Assembly (NCBI RefSeq): GCF_006345805.1
Contig: NC_042998.1
Location: 183,954,001 to 184,018,000, forward strand
Direction of reading: 5' to 3'
Length of the DNA stretch: 64,000 bases
DNA from: Octopus sinensis
Taxonomy: Eukaryota
Notes under the pieces: model-generated
What the model was told of the DNA's origin: nothing
Seen by the model: only the letters and a program-made list of their open reading frames with translations
Database searches by the model: none
Made by a program: the position numbers and the translations under genes
Shown: positions 52,901 to 62,332 of the stretch, piece by piece
How the letters are laid out: every line of letters begins with the position of its first letter
Numbering within the stretch: position 1 is the stretch's first letter

Positions 52901-53480
52901 TCCATTGATTTCTACAAGTCCCATTGGCCTGCACGAAAAGTCTCCTTCCCTTACATCTGACCTTGCCACTTCACGCACTTACTACCCAGAGACAGATAGC
53001 AGACTTCAGTCTTCTAACAAAAGAACTCCTGGCCGATCACCATCCCCAGTAAGCAGCTTACATGGTGCACGGTCACGGCGAATCAGAACCCCACCTCATG
53101 CCACTGAAGTTGATAGAGTTAGTCAATGGCAAAGTCCACCTCGACGGCACAGCCCACCAAGACGTCCTACTTTAAGCCCAACATCACCAATTAGACGAAG
53201 TGATAGATATCCCTCAGGCCATAAGGTTTTGCTCCCCTCCACTTCCTCCTCCTCCTCTCAAGGTCAACTGCCTATACGTGATATTTGGCGCCATCGAAAT
53301 CGTTCCCCAGACAACACTGATATTGGACATAGAACTTCAATTTCTTCATCTTCTTCCTCGTCATCATCCTCACAGCTTCCAATGAGAAGACGTGCACCAT
53401 CTCCCACTGCACTTGCTGGTGCTGGCAGCAGCAGAAATCGCCGAGAAAGGAGTCCTATTTCTAAGAGACCACGACGGTGA
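24558..53480 (+). CDS. BOD1L1: Biorientation of chromosomes in cell division 1-like protein, whole spliced CDS (10 exons, 1492 aa)
   Basis: Join of 24558-24686, 29433-29557, 34950-35176, 38292-39884, 41056-41222, 42944-43085, 44731-45541, 47723-47851, 49919-50275, 52682-53480. All introns are GT-AG, phases are consistent and the total of 4479 nt is divisible by 3. Contains the BOD1/Shg1 domain and the BOD1L1-type motif YSDSDD...[12 protein letters not shown]. Confidence 0.88.
26071..26295 (+). mobile_element. tRNA-derived SINE family C
   Basis: AGGCGACGAGCTGACAGAAACG...GTTCAAATTCCGCCGAGGTTGACTTTGCCTTTCATCCTTTCGGGGTCGATAAATTAAGTACCAG. Other copies: 9176-9310, 15405-15612, 23452-23609, 29625-29800, 30420-30625, 43105-43338. 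Confidence 0.8.
26986..27206. mobile_element. piggyBac-type MITE
   Basis: TTAA|cctttttgttac...gtaacaaaaggg|TTAA. Confidence 0.78.
27801..28065 (-). mobile_element. Repeat B copy
   Basis: Reverse complement of the conserved 3' end. Confidence 0.82.
29433..29557 (+). CDS. BOD1L1: BOD1L1-like coding exon 2
   Basis: ttttacag|[41 protein letters not shown](Q)|gtatgt. Confidence 0.95.
29781..30146 (-). mobile_element. SINE family A copy
   Basis: High identity to 4783-5198. Confidence 0.85.
30625..31170 (-). repeat. Unclassified interspersed repeat with (AAC)n tail
   Basis: Non-coding, composition like the flanking retroelements, ends in aacaacaacaat. It may be a retroelement UTR or a SINE. Confidence 0.35.
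31205..33040 (-). mobile_element. R4/Dong-clade (RLE) non-LTR retrotransposon, decayed, with inverted 5' segment
   Basis: Minus strand 31205-32385: YGAGVI...LDRKTRKLL...[19 protein letters not shown] knuckle ([15 protein letters not shown]) and RLE tail ([15 protein letters not shown]...LQKTALLG). Plus strand 32389-33040: N-terminal RT (FWSDIW...KAPGLDG...[16 protein letters not shown]...QKGC...TKDQLLID). Confidence 0.85.
33041..34890 (-). mobile_element. Second R4/Dong-clade element, 5'-truncated
   Basis: [12 protein letters not shown]...[14 protein letters not shown]...[11 protein letters not shown]...YRYLGILE...[11 protein letters not shown], then decayed zinc knuckle/RLE. (AAC)n 3' tail; the 5' end abuts (TAA)n. 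Confidence 0.88.
34950..35176 (+). CDS. BOD1L1: BOD1L1-like coding exon 3
   Basis: cttttag|[36 protein letters not shown]...poly-Ala...NNAMA|gtaagt. Confidence 0.93.
35585..35779 (+). mobile_element. Repeat B copy
   Basis: Conserved 3' end and (GAT)n tail. Confidence 0.82.
37258..37620 (+). mobile_element. SINE family A copy (older)
   Basis: Diverged head, body and tail. Confidence 0.78.
37958..38258 (+). mobile_element. Helentron/Helitron-like non-autonomous element, copy 1
   Basis: 5' ACTAGCAGTATCGCCCAGCGTTGCTCGGG with subterminal hairpin; 3' end cacacaac...TTTTATATATAAAGAT. Confidence 0.72.
38292..39884 (+). CDS. BOD1L1: BOD1L1-like coding exon 4 (Gln/Pro-rich, 1593 nt)
   Basis: tacag acceptor, open frame throughout, donor g|gtaaga. 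Phase 1-1 fits both neighbours. Confidence 0.85.
39915..40075 (-). mobile_element. Repeat B copy (older)
   Basis: Diverged reverse-complement 3' end. Confidence 0.7.
40585..40985 (+). mobile_element. Older SINE with family-A-like head and RTE-like 3' tail
   Basis: Head and CCTTAGGTAAG body, then gttggtgataggaagtgcattcagctgtagaaa...gatgttaaa. Tail-only relatives at about 28890-29072, 35215-35466, 44290-44535. Confidence 0.62.
41056..41222 (+). CDS. BOD1L1: BOD1L1-like coding exon 5
   Basis: tttgtag|...[26 protein letters not shown]|gtaagt. Confidence 0.9.
41499..41870 (-). mobile_element. Repeat B copy with tandem units
   Basis: (CAT)n, conserved end, three near-identical acgaacggatggtgcttttacgtgccaccggca units. 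Confidence 0.85.
42506..42904 (+). mobile_element. Helentron-like element, copy 2
   Basis: Same termini, with extra internal segment. Confidence 0.72.
42944..43085 (+). CDS. BOD1L1: BOD1L1-like coding exon 6
   Basis: ttgaag|[31 protein letters not shown]...|gttagt, the conserved BOD1L1 charged helix. Confidence 0.9.
43105..43338 (-). mobile_element. SINE family C copy
   Basis: Reverse complement of the 26071 element, starting 20 nt after the exon 6 donor. Confidence 0.8.
44005..44290 (+). mobile_element. Repeat B copy
   Basis: Conserved 3' end and (GAT)n tail. Confidence 0.82.
44731..45541 (+). CDS. BOD1L1: BOD1L1-like coding exon 7 (acidic/Ser-rich)
   Basis: attgcag acceptor in phase 1, open frame, donor g|gtaagt in phase 2. 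Confidence 0.82.
45950..46500 (-). mobile_element. RTE-clade LINE 3' fragment (second family)
   Basis: [12 protein letters not shown]...[18 protein letters not shown]...[15 protein letters not shown]...[14 protein letters not shown]. Confidence 0.8.
47723..47851 (+). CDS. BOD1L1: BOD1L1-like coding exon 8
   Basis: ctttcag|[42 protein letters not shown]|gtaatt, phase 2-2. Confidence 0.8.
49919..50275 (+). CDS. BOD1L1: BOD1L1-like coding exon 9
   Basis: tttccag|[15 protein letters not shown]...[36 protein letters not shown]|gtgagc, phase 2-2, with a coiled-coil-like segment. Confidence 0.78.
52682..53480 (+). CDS. BOD1L1: BOD1L1-like terminal coding exon 10 (Arg/Ser/Pro-rich)
   Basis: ttttag acceptor in phase 2, 265 codons plus TGA at 53478-53480. 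Confidence 0.78.
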
Positions 53481-53999
53481 TAATTCTATGTTTCATATCA
53501 AATTCACTCCCCCATGATTGCAACTTTACAAGTCAACATCTGGCTTCCATCAGACCAAATTCAGATGGAGTTAACGACTATTCTCATCTTTTAGTTGGCT
53601 GAGTCACACATCAAAGATTTACCATGTCGTTTGTCCTCCCAAATGTTTCCCAACTAATCACTTCAAATTTCTTTATCATCCTTTACATTATTTTCCAAGA
53701 TGAATTAAGACAGAAGGATCTCAAATTTATTGAGAAAAGCAGTCCTGTATCTTTGAGCAGTTGTATGCCAAAGTACTTATAAATATAAGAAAAAAAAAAT
53801 TAATTTTATTAAAAGAAAAATTGTAATGAAGTTATTGTATTTGTTTAAAAAAAACAAAGTCCCGTTTTACCTTGTATTGTTGTCTTCAGCTTTATTTTTA
53901 ATTACATTTGATTGTCTGCCACTTTCTTCCTCTCACATTACATTTAGTCATCTATTTGGAATTCTTATTTTTTCACATCTGTACAAGCCAAAACAGATC

Positions 54000-54841
54000 C
54001 TCATCATCATCATCATCGTTTAACGTCCGCTTTCCATGCTAGCATAGGTTGGACAATTTGACTGAGGACTGGCAAACCAGATGGCTGCACCAGGCTCCAA
54101 TCTTGATCTGGCAGAGTTTCTACAGCTGGATGCCCTTCCTAATGCCAACCACTCCGAGAGTGTAGTGGGTGCTTTTACATGCCACCAGCATGGGGGCCAG
54201 TCAAGCGGTACTGGCAACAGCCATGCCCAAATGGTGTTTTTTTTTACGTGACAGTAAGGCGACGCTGGTAGCAATCACACTCGAATGGTGCTTTTTACGT
54301 GCCACTGGCACGAACGCCAGTTGGCCGCTCTGGCAAAGATCACGCTTGGATGGTGCTCTTAGTGCTCCACTAGCACGGATGCCAGTCATTGAATTTGATT
54401 TCGATTTCACTTGCCTCAACAGGTCTTCGCAAGCAATGAAGGGAAGGTAAGCATAAGTGGGCTGGTTACACCCCTGACATAGGCCACAAGGTTATGGTCT
54501 CATTTGGCTTGCTGGGTCTTCTCAAGCACAACATATTTCCAAAAGTCTCGGTCACTAGTCATTGCCTCAGTGAGGCCTAATGTTCGAAGGTCGTGCTTCA
54601 CCACCTCATCCCAGGTCTACCTCTTCCACAGGTTCTCTCAACTGCTAGGGTGTGGCACTTTTTCACACAGCTATCCTCATCCATTCTTGCCACATGACCA
54701 TACCAGCGCAGTCGTCTCTCTTGTACATTACATCTGATGCTTCTTAGGTCCAACTTTCTCGAAGTACTTACACTCTGTCGAGTATGCACACTGACATTAC
54801 ACATCCACCGGATAATACTGGCTTCATTCTTTGCGAGCTTC
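54000..54841 (-). mobile_element. RTE-clade LINE 3' fragment (same family as 9628-11058)
   Basis: RWMCNVSVH...LRWYGHVARMDEDSCVKKC...GRGRP plus 3'UTR units and (GAT)n tail. Confidence 0.88.
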
Positions 54842-55640
54842 GTGTATCACCTGGTTAACTATACAGGTGACTAGGCTATGACCAACACTGCCAGATATTT
54901 TGAGCATCTCTGCAGTGATTCCTGTTGAATACATGCATGGTATTGTTGGTCTTAGTACCCTGATCAATCCACTCAAAAGATGATTAAGCAGAAATGAAGT
55001 AAAATATTTTACTTAATCTAAGTATATAAAGTAATACCAGTGCACAGGTATGAAGTTAATGACCTTTTGCTTCACTAACCCAGCATTTTGAGAATCAATC
55101 CAACTATGTTTTGCTTGCTAACAGGGAATAAAATTTGAAACCTTTACATATATTCAATTATTGAATTACCTATGGCTAATTACTCAATAAAGTACAAATG
55201 TCATAACTTGGTATAAACAATTGAAACAGCATTAAATTAAAATTGCACTGTGTATCATACTAAATGTATATACACCATTATAAGGCATAATGTAGTGGAA
55301 TTGTCTGAGATAAACTCTCTTGATAGGCTTCATATATTAAAAACAATACATATTGGAACAAGATGAAAACCATGCATTTTTGTGTTCATCACTTGTTTAA
55401 ACAAAATCTATGTCATGATATATAGGAAACAATGATTAAAACATTTAGAAGCTTACTGGACTGTAGAAAAATTTGGTGTATGCAATGTGGACAGACAATT
55501 CCACATTATGCCATCTAATGGTGTGTGTACATTTAGTATGATACACGAGATAGAAATAGAAATGTTTTACTTGACAGCATAATTTTTCACTGATTTTAAG
55601 CCATATGGTGTGAAATGCAGCTTTCTTTTGTGTAATAAAA

Positions 55641-55856
55641 CAATAGTGTGAGCTGGCCAGTTAGAGCATGAATTGGTCTCTCTTTATCAGGAAGGAGCAT
55701 AGTTGATTCAACCACAATGTATTTTGCTGTTATTTTATTAAGAGAATTTGAGTTTAAAATGTGAAGTGGCTCAACTACATAAAGCATCTAGTTTAGTTTT
55801 CTAATAATTACACCTACTACACTGCCATAGCAATCTGTATTGTTTCTGAAACTGAT
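55641..55856 (+). repeat. About 215-bp diverged direct repeat, copy 1 (copy 2 at 58982-59204)
   Basis: Alignable throughout; the last 56 nt are identical. Confidence 0.85.
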
Positions 55857-56015
55857 CATCGTTTAACGTTCGCTTTCCATGGTAGCATGGGTTGGACGAT
55901 TTTGACTGAGGGCTGGTGAACCAGATGGCCGCACCAGGTTCCAATCTTGATCTGGCAGAGTTTCTACAGCTGGATGCCCTTCCTAACGCCAACTACTCCG
56001 AGTGTAGTGGGTGCT
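55857..56015 (-). mobile_element. Repeat B copy
   Basis: Reverse-complement conserved 3' end. Confidence 0.8.
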
Positions 56016-56679
56016 TTTTTATTCTATCATATTGGAAGTATAGAATGCATAACTGCTTTTATGTTAGTCTAACATGGAATGTAAGTTGACCAAGTTTGTA
56101 ACATGTTAAGTGTGCCAGGCATATAGATTCCTGGTTTGTTGACAAAAACAGCTTTCTTTGTAAATGGGTGTTGGATCTAGTTGCAGTTTGCAACATGTAA
56201 TAATACGTTTTATCTCTTTTTCTTGTTTCAGTTATTGGACTGTAGCCATGCTGGGGCATTGTTTCAGAAGGTTTAGTCAAACAGATCACCCTTGTACTTA
56301 CTTTTTAAATCTGCTTCTTTTTCTATTCTATCAGTCACCTTTGATGCATCACTAGGTTATGGGGACATAAACCAACACTTGTCATCAAGTGATGATGTGG
56401 GGTCAGGGGAAACACACATATGGCCTTCCACAGTTTCCATCAACCAAATCCACTCACAAGGCATTGGTCAGCTACAGTAACCATCATCTACCCAAGGTGC
56501 TGCACATTGGGATTGAACCCCAAACCATGTGGTTGCAAAGTGAGCTTATTAACCACACAGCTTTGCCTGCATACAGTTATAAGTTTAAATTCCGGTATGT
56601 GCTGAGAGACAGTAACACATCACCACCTTAGATTCTCTCAGAGAAATGAAATTTGTGGTAAATCTTTAATTTATAGGAT

Positions 56680-57048
56680 ACTAGCAGTATCGCCCGGCGT
56701 TGCTCGGGTTTGTAAGGGAAATAACTATATAAGCATTTTTAGAGTTATAGCCAAAAAATAGCAAAAAAAATGGTAAATTTTTTTTTAAATCGTTGATTCA
56801 TCGTAGACATTTTTAGAGAGTTACTTCCCTTATATAATAGCGAAAAAAATGCATTAAAATGGGAAAAAATGATGGTAAATTTTTTTTTTTAAATCGTAGA
56901 CACGCGCTAATACCCAGAAGGGCTCGATATGAATCACGACTATAAGATACCCGGTTTTGGTTAAACTGCACCGCAAAATGTGGGAGTAGTTAGGAATCTA
57001 AATCGTAGGAGACAGACAGCACACAACCTCACTTTTATATATAAAGAT
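56680..57048 (+). mobile_element. Helentron-like element, copy 3
   Basis: Same termini, with internal duplication. Confidence 0.72.
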
Positions 57049-57403
57049 TACTGCATTGTTTTTCTTGTTTGCTTGATCTTCTTTTACATTATTTTAAATG
57101 TAGAATAGTTTAGTTCCTTATAGGTGGCATTGCTTACATAATAGCAAAGCTGCTCTCACAAAGTTGTTCTAGAAAGTACAACCGGGAAAAGAGTTTATGT
57201 TATGCAGAAGATGTAATTAAGAAAAGTTAAGAAAATATTTTTAAAAAAATCAAAATTTATTTAAAACACACAATAAAATAATAACAGGATTTCTAACAAG
57301 TATAGCAGGACTTCAGCATACAATTACTTATCTCTCAGAAATTTGTTGAATAGAACTGAACTCAGAATTTTTAATTTAAAAAAAAAAAAAAAAAAAAAGC
57401 AGC

Positions 57404-57409
57404 TTTATT
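57404..57409 (-). promoter_or_regulatory. Polyadenylation signal of the PRDX3-like gene
   Basis: AATAAA about 120 nt after the stop, followed on the minus strand by a long T-run (U-rich downstream element). Confidence 0.6.
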
Positions 57410-57528
57410 TCTACAGAAACAAAGACTGATAACTGAGCAGTAAAGTTGTTATACAGTTTTTGTTTTTCATGTTGGACTTGTCTTTATGGCTGAAGATACA
57501 GGGAAAACAACCCGAAGAAATTTCTTGT

Positions 57529-57614
57529 TTAATTAACTTGTTCAAAATATTCTTTGGAACCGTCTACTGTGGGTTTTATGGTTTTGCTGTCAGGTTGCCA
57601 ATTAGCAGGACAAA
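57529..57614 (-). CDS. PRDX3: PRDX3-like terminal exon with the resolving Cys
   Basis: tttccag|[28 protein letters not shown], with VCP resolving motif and YF motif. Phases join the previous exons. Confidence 0.92.
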
Positions 57615-57733
57615 CTGGAAAAAAAAAAAAAAATCATAAGATGCAGATTACAGTGTATAAAATTGTTCTCTACTTTCTTCAAAGTATCTATGTACAAGCT
57701 CTGAAAAATGATTCAAATCGTAGCTGGACGTCT

Positions 57734-57993
57734 ACATGTTTATAAATGTATATACTCTCCTTTCTAAACATGTTCATAAATACATAAACTCCCTTCTGAA
57801 CATATTTATAAATATATTCTCCCCCTTCTATGCAGGTTTGTAAATATATGCGCACTTTTCTTTGTGTTTATAAATATATATATATATACCCTTCCCTCTA
57901 AACATGTTTATAAAAATATACCCTCCCCTTGAAACATGATTATAAATAATATACCCACCTTTCTAAACATGTTTATAAATACCACCCTTTCTA
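57734..57993. repeat. Degenerate ~33-bp minisatellite (about 8 units)
   Basis: Units like catgtttataaatatatactctcctttctaaa. Confidence 0.75.
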
Positions 57994-58309
57994 CAAGTAA
58001 TTGTGCTTTGACAACAAAATACATTTATATTTCCAGTTCTTATTTCACCATGAATCAGATTTGATTATGTAGACCTATGATCAAAGACTCTCCACTCATG
58101 ACCATCCTATCTTTTCTTCAGACATATAGTATATATATATATATATAGGACTTTATTCAAGGTGTTCACCTTCTATTCAAAATGTAAGGAGTCATTTAAA
58201 GGAGATTTGGCTGCTATTTCTAGCAAATTGATTGACTGCACAGGGGTTTAATTTTCACAAGAAATGCTCATAAGCAACTACTGAAGATTGAATGGTATTA
58301 AAAACTCAC

Positions 58310-58440
58310 CTTCTCCATGTTTCTCAACAAATTGAAATGCTTTGATCAATCGTATGGTTTCATCAACTGATCGGCCCACTGGGAGATCATTAATGGTGAT
58401 TTGACGAAGAATACCATTAGGGTCAATAATAAACAGACCT
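58310..58440 (-). CDS. PRDX3: PRDX3-like exon
   Basis: ttggcag|[43 protein letters not shown]|gtgagt, 131 nt. Confidence 0.93.
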
Positions 58441-58565
58441 CTGCCAAAAGAAAAAGAAAAAAAAAAGCAGTGTTTATGGTGACAAAATTCAACACTCTCA
58501 GAAAATGTTTACTGTTTTTTTTTTTTAAATATCAAGATTTTCTAATGATTAATGAAAAATATCAT

Positions 58566-58727
58566 TGGTGGCTGTGTGGTAAGCAGTTTGCTTCCCAACC
58601 ACATGGTTCTGGGTTGAGTCCCACTGCATGGCACCTTGGGCAAGTGTCTTCTACTATAGCCTCAGGCCAACCAAAGCCTTGTGAGTGGATTTGGTAGATG
58701 GAAACTGACAAAATCCTGTCGTGTATG

Positions 58728-58762
<35 letters not shown>

Positions 58763-58945
58763 TTGTCCCTGCCACCATTGCTTGACAACTGATGTTGGTG
58801 TGTTTATGTCACAGTAACTTAGCAGTTTGGCAAAAGATACTGATAAAATAAGTACTAGGCTTACAAAAAGTCCTGGGGTCAATTTGTTTGATTAAAGGCA
58901 ATATGCGGCAGGATGGCTTCAGTCAAATGACTAAAGCAAATAAAA
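58566..58945 (+). mobile_element. SINE family A copy
   Basis: Head, body and tail present. Confidence 0.8.
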
Positions 58946-59739
58946 AAAAGTAGAGTTTAGATCATTTTTTTTGTGACAGAACAATAGTGGTGTTAATTGG
59001 CCCAGTTAGAGCATGAACTGGTATCCATTTCTTGTTAGGAAGAAGCACAGTTGATTCAACCACAATGTATTCTGGATGCTATTTTATTAAGAGAATTTGA
59101 GTTTAAATGTAAGTTGTCTCAATTATATAAAGCATCAAGTTTAGCTTTCTAATAATTACACCTACTACACTGCCATAGCAATCTGTATTGTTTCTGAAAC
59201 TGATATTTTTGTTGCTCATGATTATCAAGCATCTATAAAGACAATGGAGGAGCCTCTACCTCCAAGCCAAACACAAGAAAAAATTGCTTAGTGGTATTGT
59301 ATGCTTCTTTCAATGGAATAACACACCTTAAAACAGAAAAATGTAATAGCTATAATTTGGAAGTGTAGTGAGTCTCATAACATTAGTACATAGGAACATC
59401 CTACAAGATTTGCCTCATTTTGTGTATACAGAACAAATGACCTTGGTGAGACCAATACTTGCCAATCTTCATCCATGGTACATTAAACTAATGAAACACT
59501 CTTCAATTATAGTGTTCTCTGTTTATGTCAGTGTATTGTATCTATCCATGGTAAAGCTTCATGAGTTGGACAGAAATTGAAAATTGTGAGTCACATACAT
59601 AGTTAATGAATTGTCAACATTTTGAGTGCCAATTCAACATCCTCTCTATTTAACAAACTGCACTACTCTGCATTGTCATTGAGTTTTAAAGGAAGACAAC
59701 AAACAAAAGATTAAAAATGAGATATCTTTCCGTATTTAC

Positions 59740-60031
59740 ATGCCCATTACATTTTGACCAGCGCTGCCTGACTGGCGTCCATGTCGGTGACACGTAAAAG
59801 CACCAACCAATTGTGGCCATTTGCCAGCCTCCTCTGGCCCATGTGCTGGTGGCACGTAAAAAAACACCCACTACACTCACGGAGTGGTTGGTGTTAGGAA
59901 GAGCATCCAGCTGTAGAAACACTGCCAGATCAGACTGGAGCCTGGTGCAGCCTCCTGGGTTCCCAGATCCCGGTCGAACTGTCCAACCCATGCTAGCATG
60001 GAAAACGGACGTTAAACGATGATGATGATGA
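59740..60031 (+). mobile_element. Repeat B copy
   Basis: Conserved 3' end and (GAT)n tail. Confidence 0.82.
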
Positions 60032-60142
60032 TCTCTGATTATTATCATAAGAGGTCTTGTTCTTGTAGGTGTATGGTTATCAGACAATATTTGAACAAGT
60101 AACCCATTAAGGAAAACTTTACATTATAGCTTAATAACTGAC

Positions 60143-60314
60143 ACCTTTAGCATTTAAACTGGCCAGATCCAGCCTCTCACACTTATCATACAATGTCATT
60201 CTAGAACTAATAATATCATTAAAATCTCAAAGCCACAAGGTAATACATGATGAATTCAAAACAATGTCGATAAATAAGCATTACATTTGACAGAGTAATC
60301 TGAATGCTAAAGGG
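60143..60314. mobile_element. piggyBac-type MITE (second family; partial relative at 46745-46856)
   Basis: cctttagcatt...aatgctaaaggg TIRs with degenerate TTAA. Confidence 0.6.
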
Positions 60315-60340
60315 TTGAAGTAAGGACACTAAAAACTTAC

Positions 60341-60444
60341 CGAAGAGCAATACCCGGATTTTCAAGTAAGACACCATAATCTGATGCAATTTGTTTGCTT
60401 AAGTCAGATAAAAGAGGATACTTTAGTTGACCAAGGCCACCTTC
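60341..60444 (-). CDS. PRDX3: PRDX3-like exon
   Basis: ttccag|EGGLGQLKYPLLSDLSKQIASDYGVLLENPGIAL(R)|gtaagt, 104 nt, GGLG motif. Confidence 0.92.
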
Positions 60445-60789
60445 CTGGAAGAAAAGGAAATATGTAAATTATACATTTTGTATAGATGAATATTCTTTAA
60501 CTATATATCTGTCCTTCTGCCTAGTTTCCTATTTAATCAACTGAATCGTGCCACTTCCTTCAGTCTCTGATAAAGTCCTTCGAGTGAAACAAAATTTGTC
60601 AAATTCAGGGTTAATCATCATCATTTAACATCCATTTTCCATGCTGGCAAGCCAGAGAATTGCACCAAGCTCCATTGTCTGTTTTGGCATAGTTTTTGCA
60701 GCTGGATGCCCTTCCTAATGCCAATCACTTTACAGAGTGGATTGGATGCATTTTACATGGCTCCAGCACTGGCGAGGTCTGTTTTTGCA

Positions 60790-61450
60790 TGGTTATGCAT
60801 GATCCCATTTCTCGTCACCAGTCACTATTTGGCCCCAAAAAAGGTTCATTCGTGAGATGTGACAGCACACATTCACTCTCTGCATGCAATTAGACTCAGA
60901 AACCTTGTGAGGAACCCATTGACCCAATTTGCTGGCTTTTCCGATGGCACACAGGTGTCAATGAATAGTTGAATGACCAAATCCAAGCTTCTTTCTTAGT
61001 TTTTCAACAGTTATGATGGGATTTTGTTCCACCAGGTTTTGCAGGACGTCCTCATTGAGCTCTACAGATCTTCCAGCACGAGGTTTGTCTTCTAGGCTTT
61101 AGTTTCTGGCTCGAAATTTCTGGAACCACCATTGATACTAGCTTATGCTTATTGTCCAGTCCCCATATACTGCACTAATATTCTTTGCATTTAAAGTTGC
61201 ATTCTTGCCTTTATGGAACTCATAAAGCAAAATGTGCCAAATATGCTCCTTTGTCACTTCCATTATAGCTTTGTTAAAATCGAACTGCCCTCTTCAAAGC
61301 TTTGTTAAAATCGAACTGCCCTCTTCAAAACTCGCTAAAAATAAGGATAAGGTAAAATTACTGTTTTAATAGCAAGTTGATCCTGTCCCCCTCTGATTTT
61401 TAGTTCATGCAACTGAAAAAAAACGCATTATTTGTGGGCTGATCCACTAT
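60790..61450 (-). mobile_element. Mariner transposon relic (5' part)
   Basis: HILLYEFHKG...WWFQKFR...LEDKPRAGR...LVEQNP...GQWVPHK...IVTGDEKW, with stops. TIR-like end near 61450. Confidence 0.85.
61267..61328. repeat. Perfect 31-bp tandem duplication inside the mariner relic
   Basis: agctttgttaaaatcgaactgccctcttcaa x2. Confidence 0.9.
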
Positions 61451-61461
61451 ACACATATACA

Positions 61462-61594
61462 AACTAGCATAGCTGGGGGTGGGGTGAGGGTTGCATTTTT
61501 GGGTCTGCAGTAGGCAATGTGTGCTTTTTGTGGGTTCCAGGGGTAGCAAATAGAAGGGCCGCCCCGGGTAGCACACACTCTAGCTACGCTAGTG
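61462..61594. mobile_element. hAT-type MITE, same family as 1781-1914
   Basis: AACTAGCATAGCT...AGCTACGCTAGTG. 8-bp TSD catataca / catacaca. Confidence 0.72.
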
Positions 61595-61621
61595 CATACA
61601 CATATACACACACATACACAT

Positions 61622-61975
61622 ATTCTTTTACGTTTGTCAGTTGGTTGTGACCATGCTGGAACACTGCCTTTAGTCGAACAAATCGACCCCGTGACTCATT
61701 CTTTGTTACCCTAGTACTTATTTTATTGATCTCTTTTGTTAAACTGCTAAGTTATAGGGACGCAAACACACCAACATCAGTTGTCAAACAATGGTGGTGG
61801 GGGACAAACACAGACACACACACACATGACAGGCTCCTTTCAGATTCCATCTACCAAATCCACTCACATGGCTTTGGTTGGCCTGCATCTATAGTAGAAG
61901 ACACATGCCCAAGGTGCCACGCAGTGGGACTGAACCCGGAACCATGTGGTTGGGAAGCAAACTTCTTACCATACC
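61622..61975 (-). mobile_element. SINE family A copy
   Basis: Head, body and tail present. Confidence 0.8.
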
Positions 61976-62086
61976 TACCATAAATTATTGAAGGAAATAG
62001 AGAAATACAATTGACATATAAATTCATTAACATTATAATATAATAATACTATAAAAAGATAACATAAAATAATATAATAAATAAAT

Positions 62087-62326
62087 AAAACAAATATATA
62101 TCCTACAATTTGTTTTGATTCATATCCACTGGTGAATTTATAAAAAATTCACATTTATGTATACAAATCACGTCTATTTTATGATTTAGCAGTCCTTGCA
62201 TGAAATTTTTGTCTATTTTTAAGACAAATATTACCCTGATGAGATTCATATACATAAATGTGAATTTATTTATAAATCCACTAGTGGATATTAATCAAAA
62301 CAAATTGTAGGGTATATATTTGTTTT
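62087..62326 (+). mobile_element. Fold-back element containing a degenerate type-I hammerhead motif
   Basis: Arms 62087-62169 and 62243-62326 are inverted. Right part: ACAAATATTACC CTGATGA GATTCATAT...ATATTAATC AAAAC AAATT GTA GGGTATATATTTGT. Confidence 0.55.
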
Positions 62327-62332
62327 GATTTG

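Noticed and set aside
55801-55856. miR-34-like sequence TGGCAGTGTAGTAG on the minus strand
   Set aside because: No complementary star arm nearby, so no pre-miRNA hairpin.
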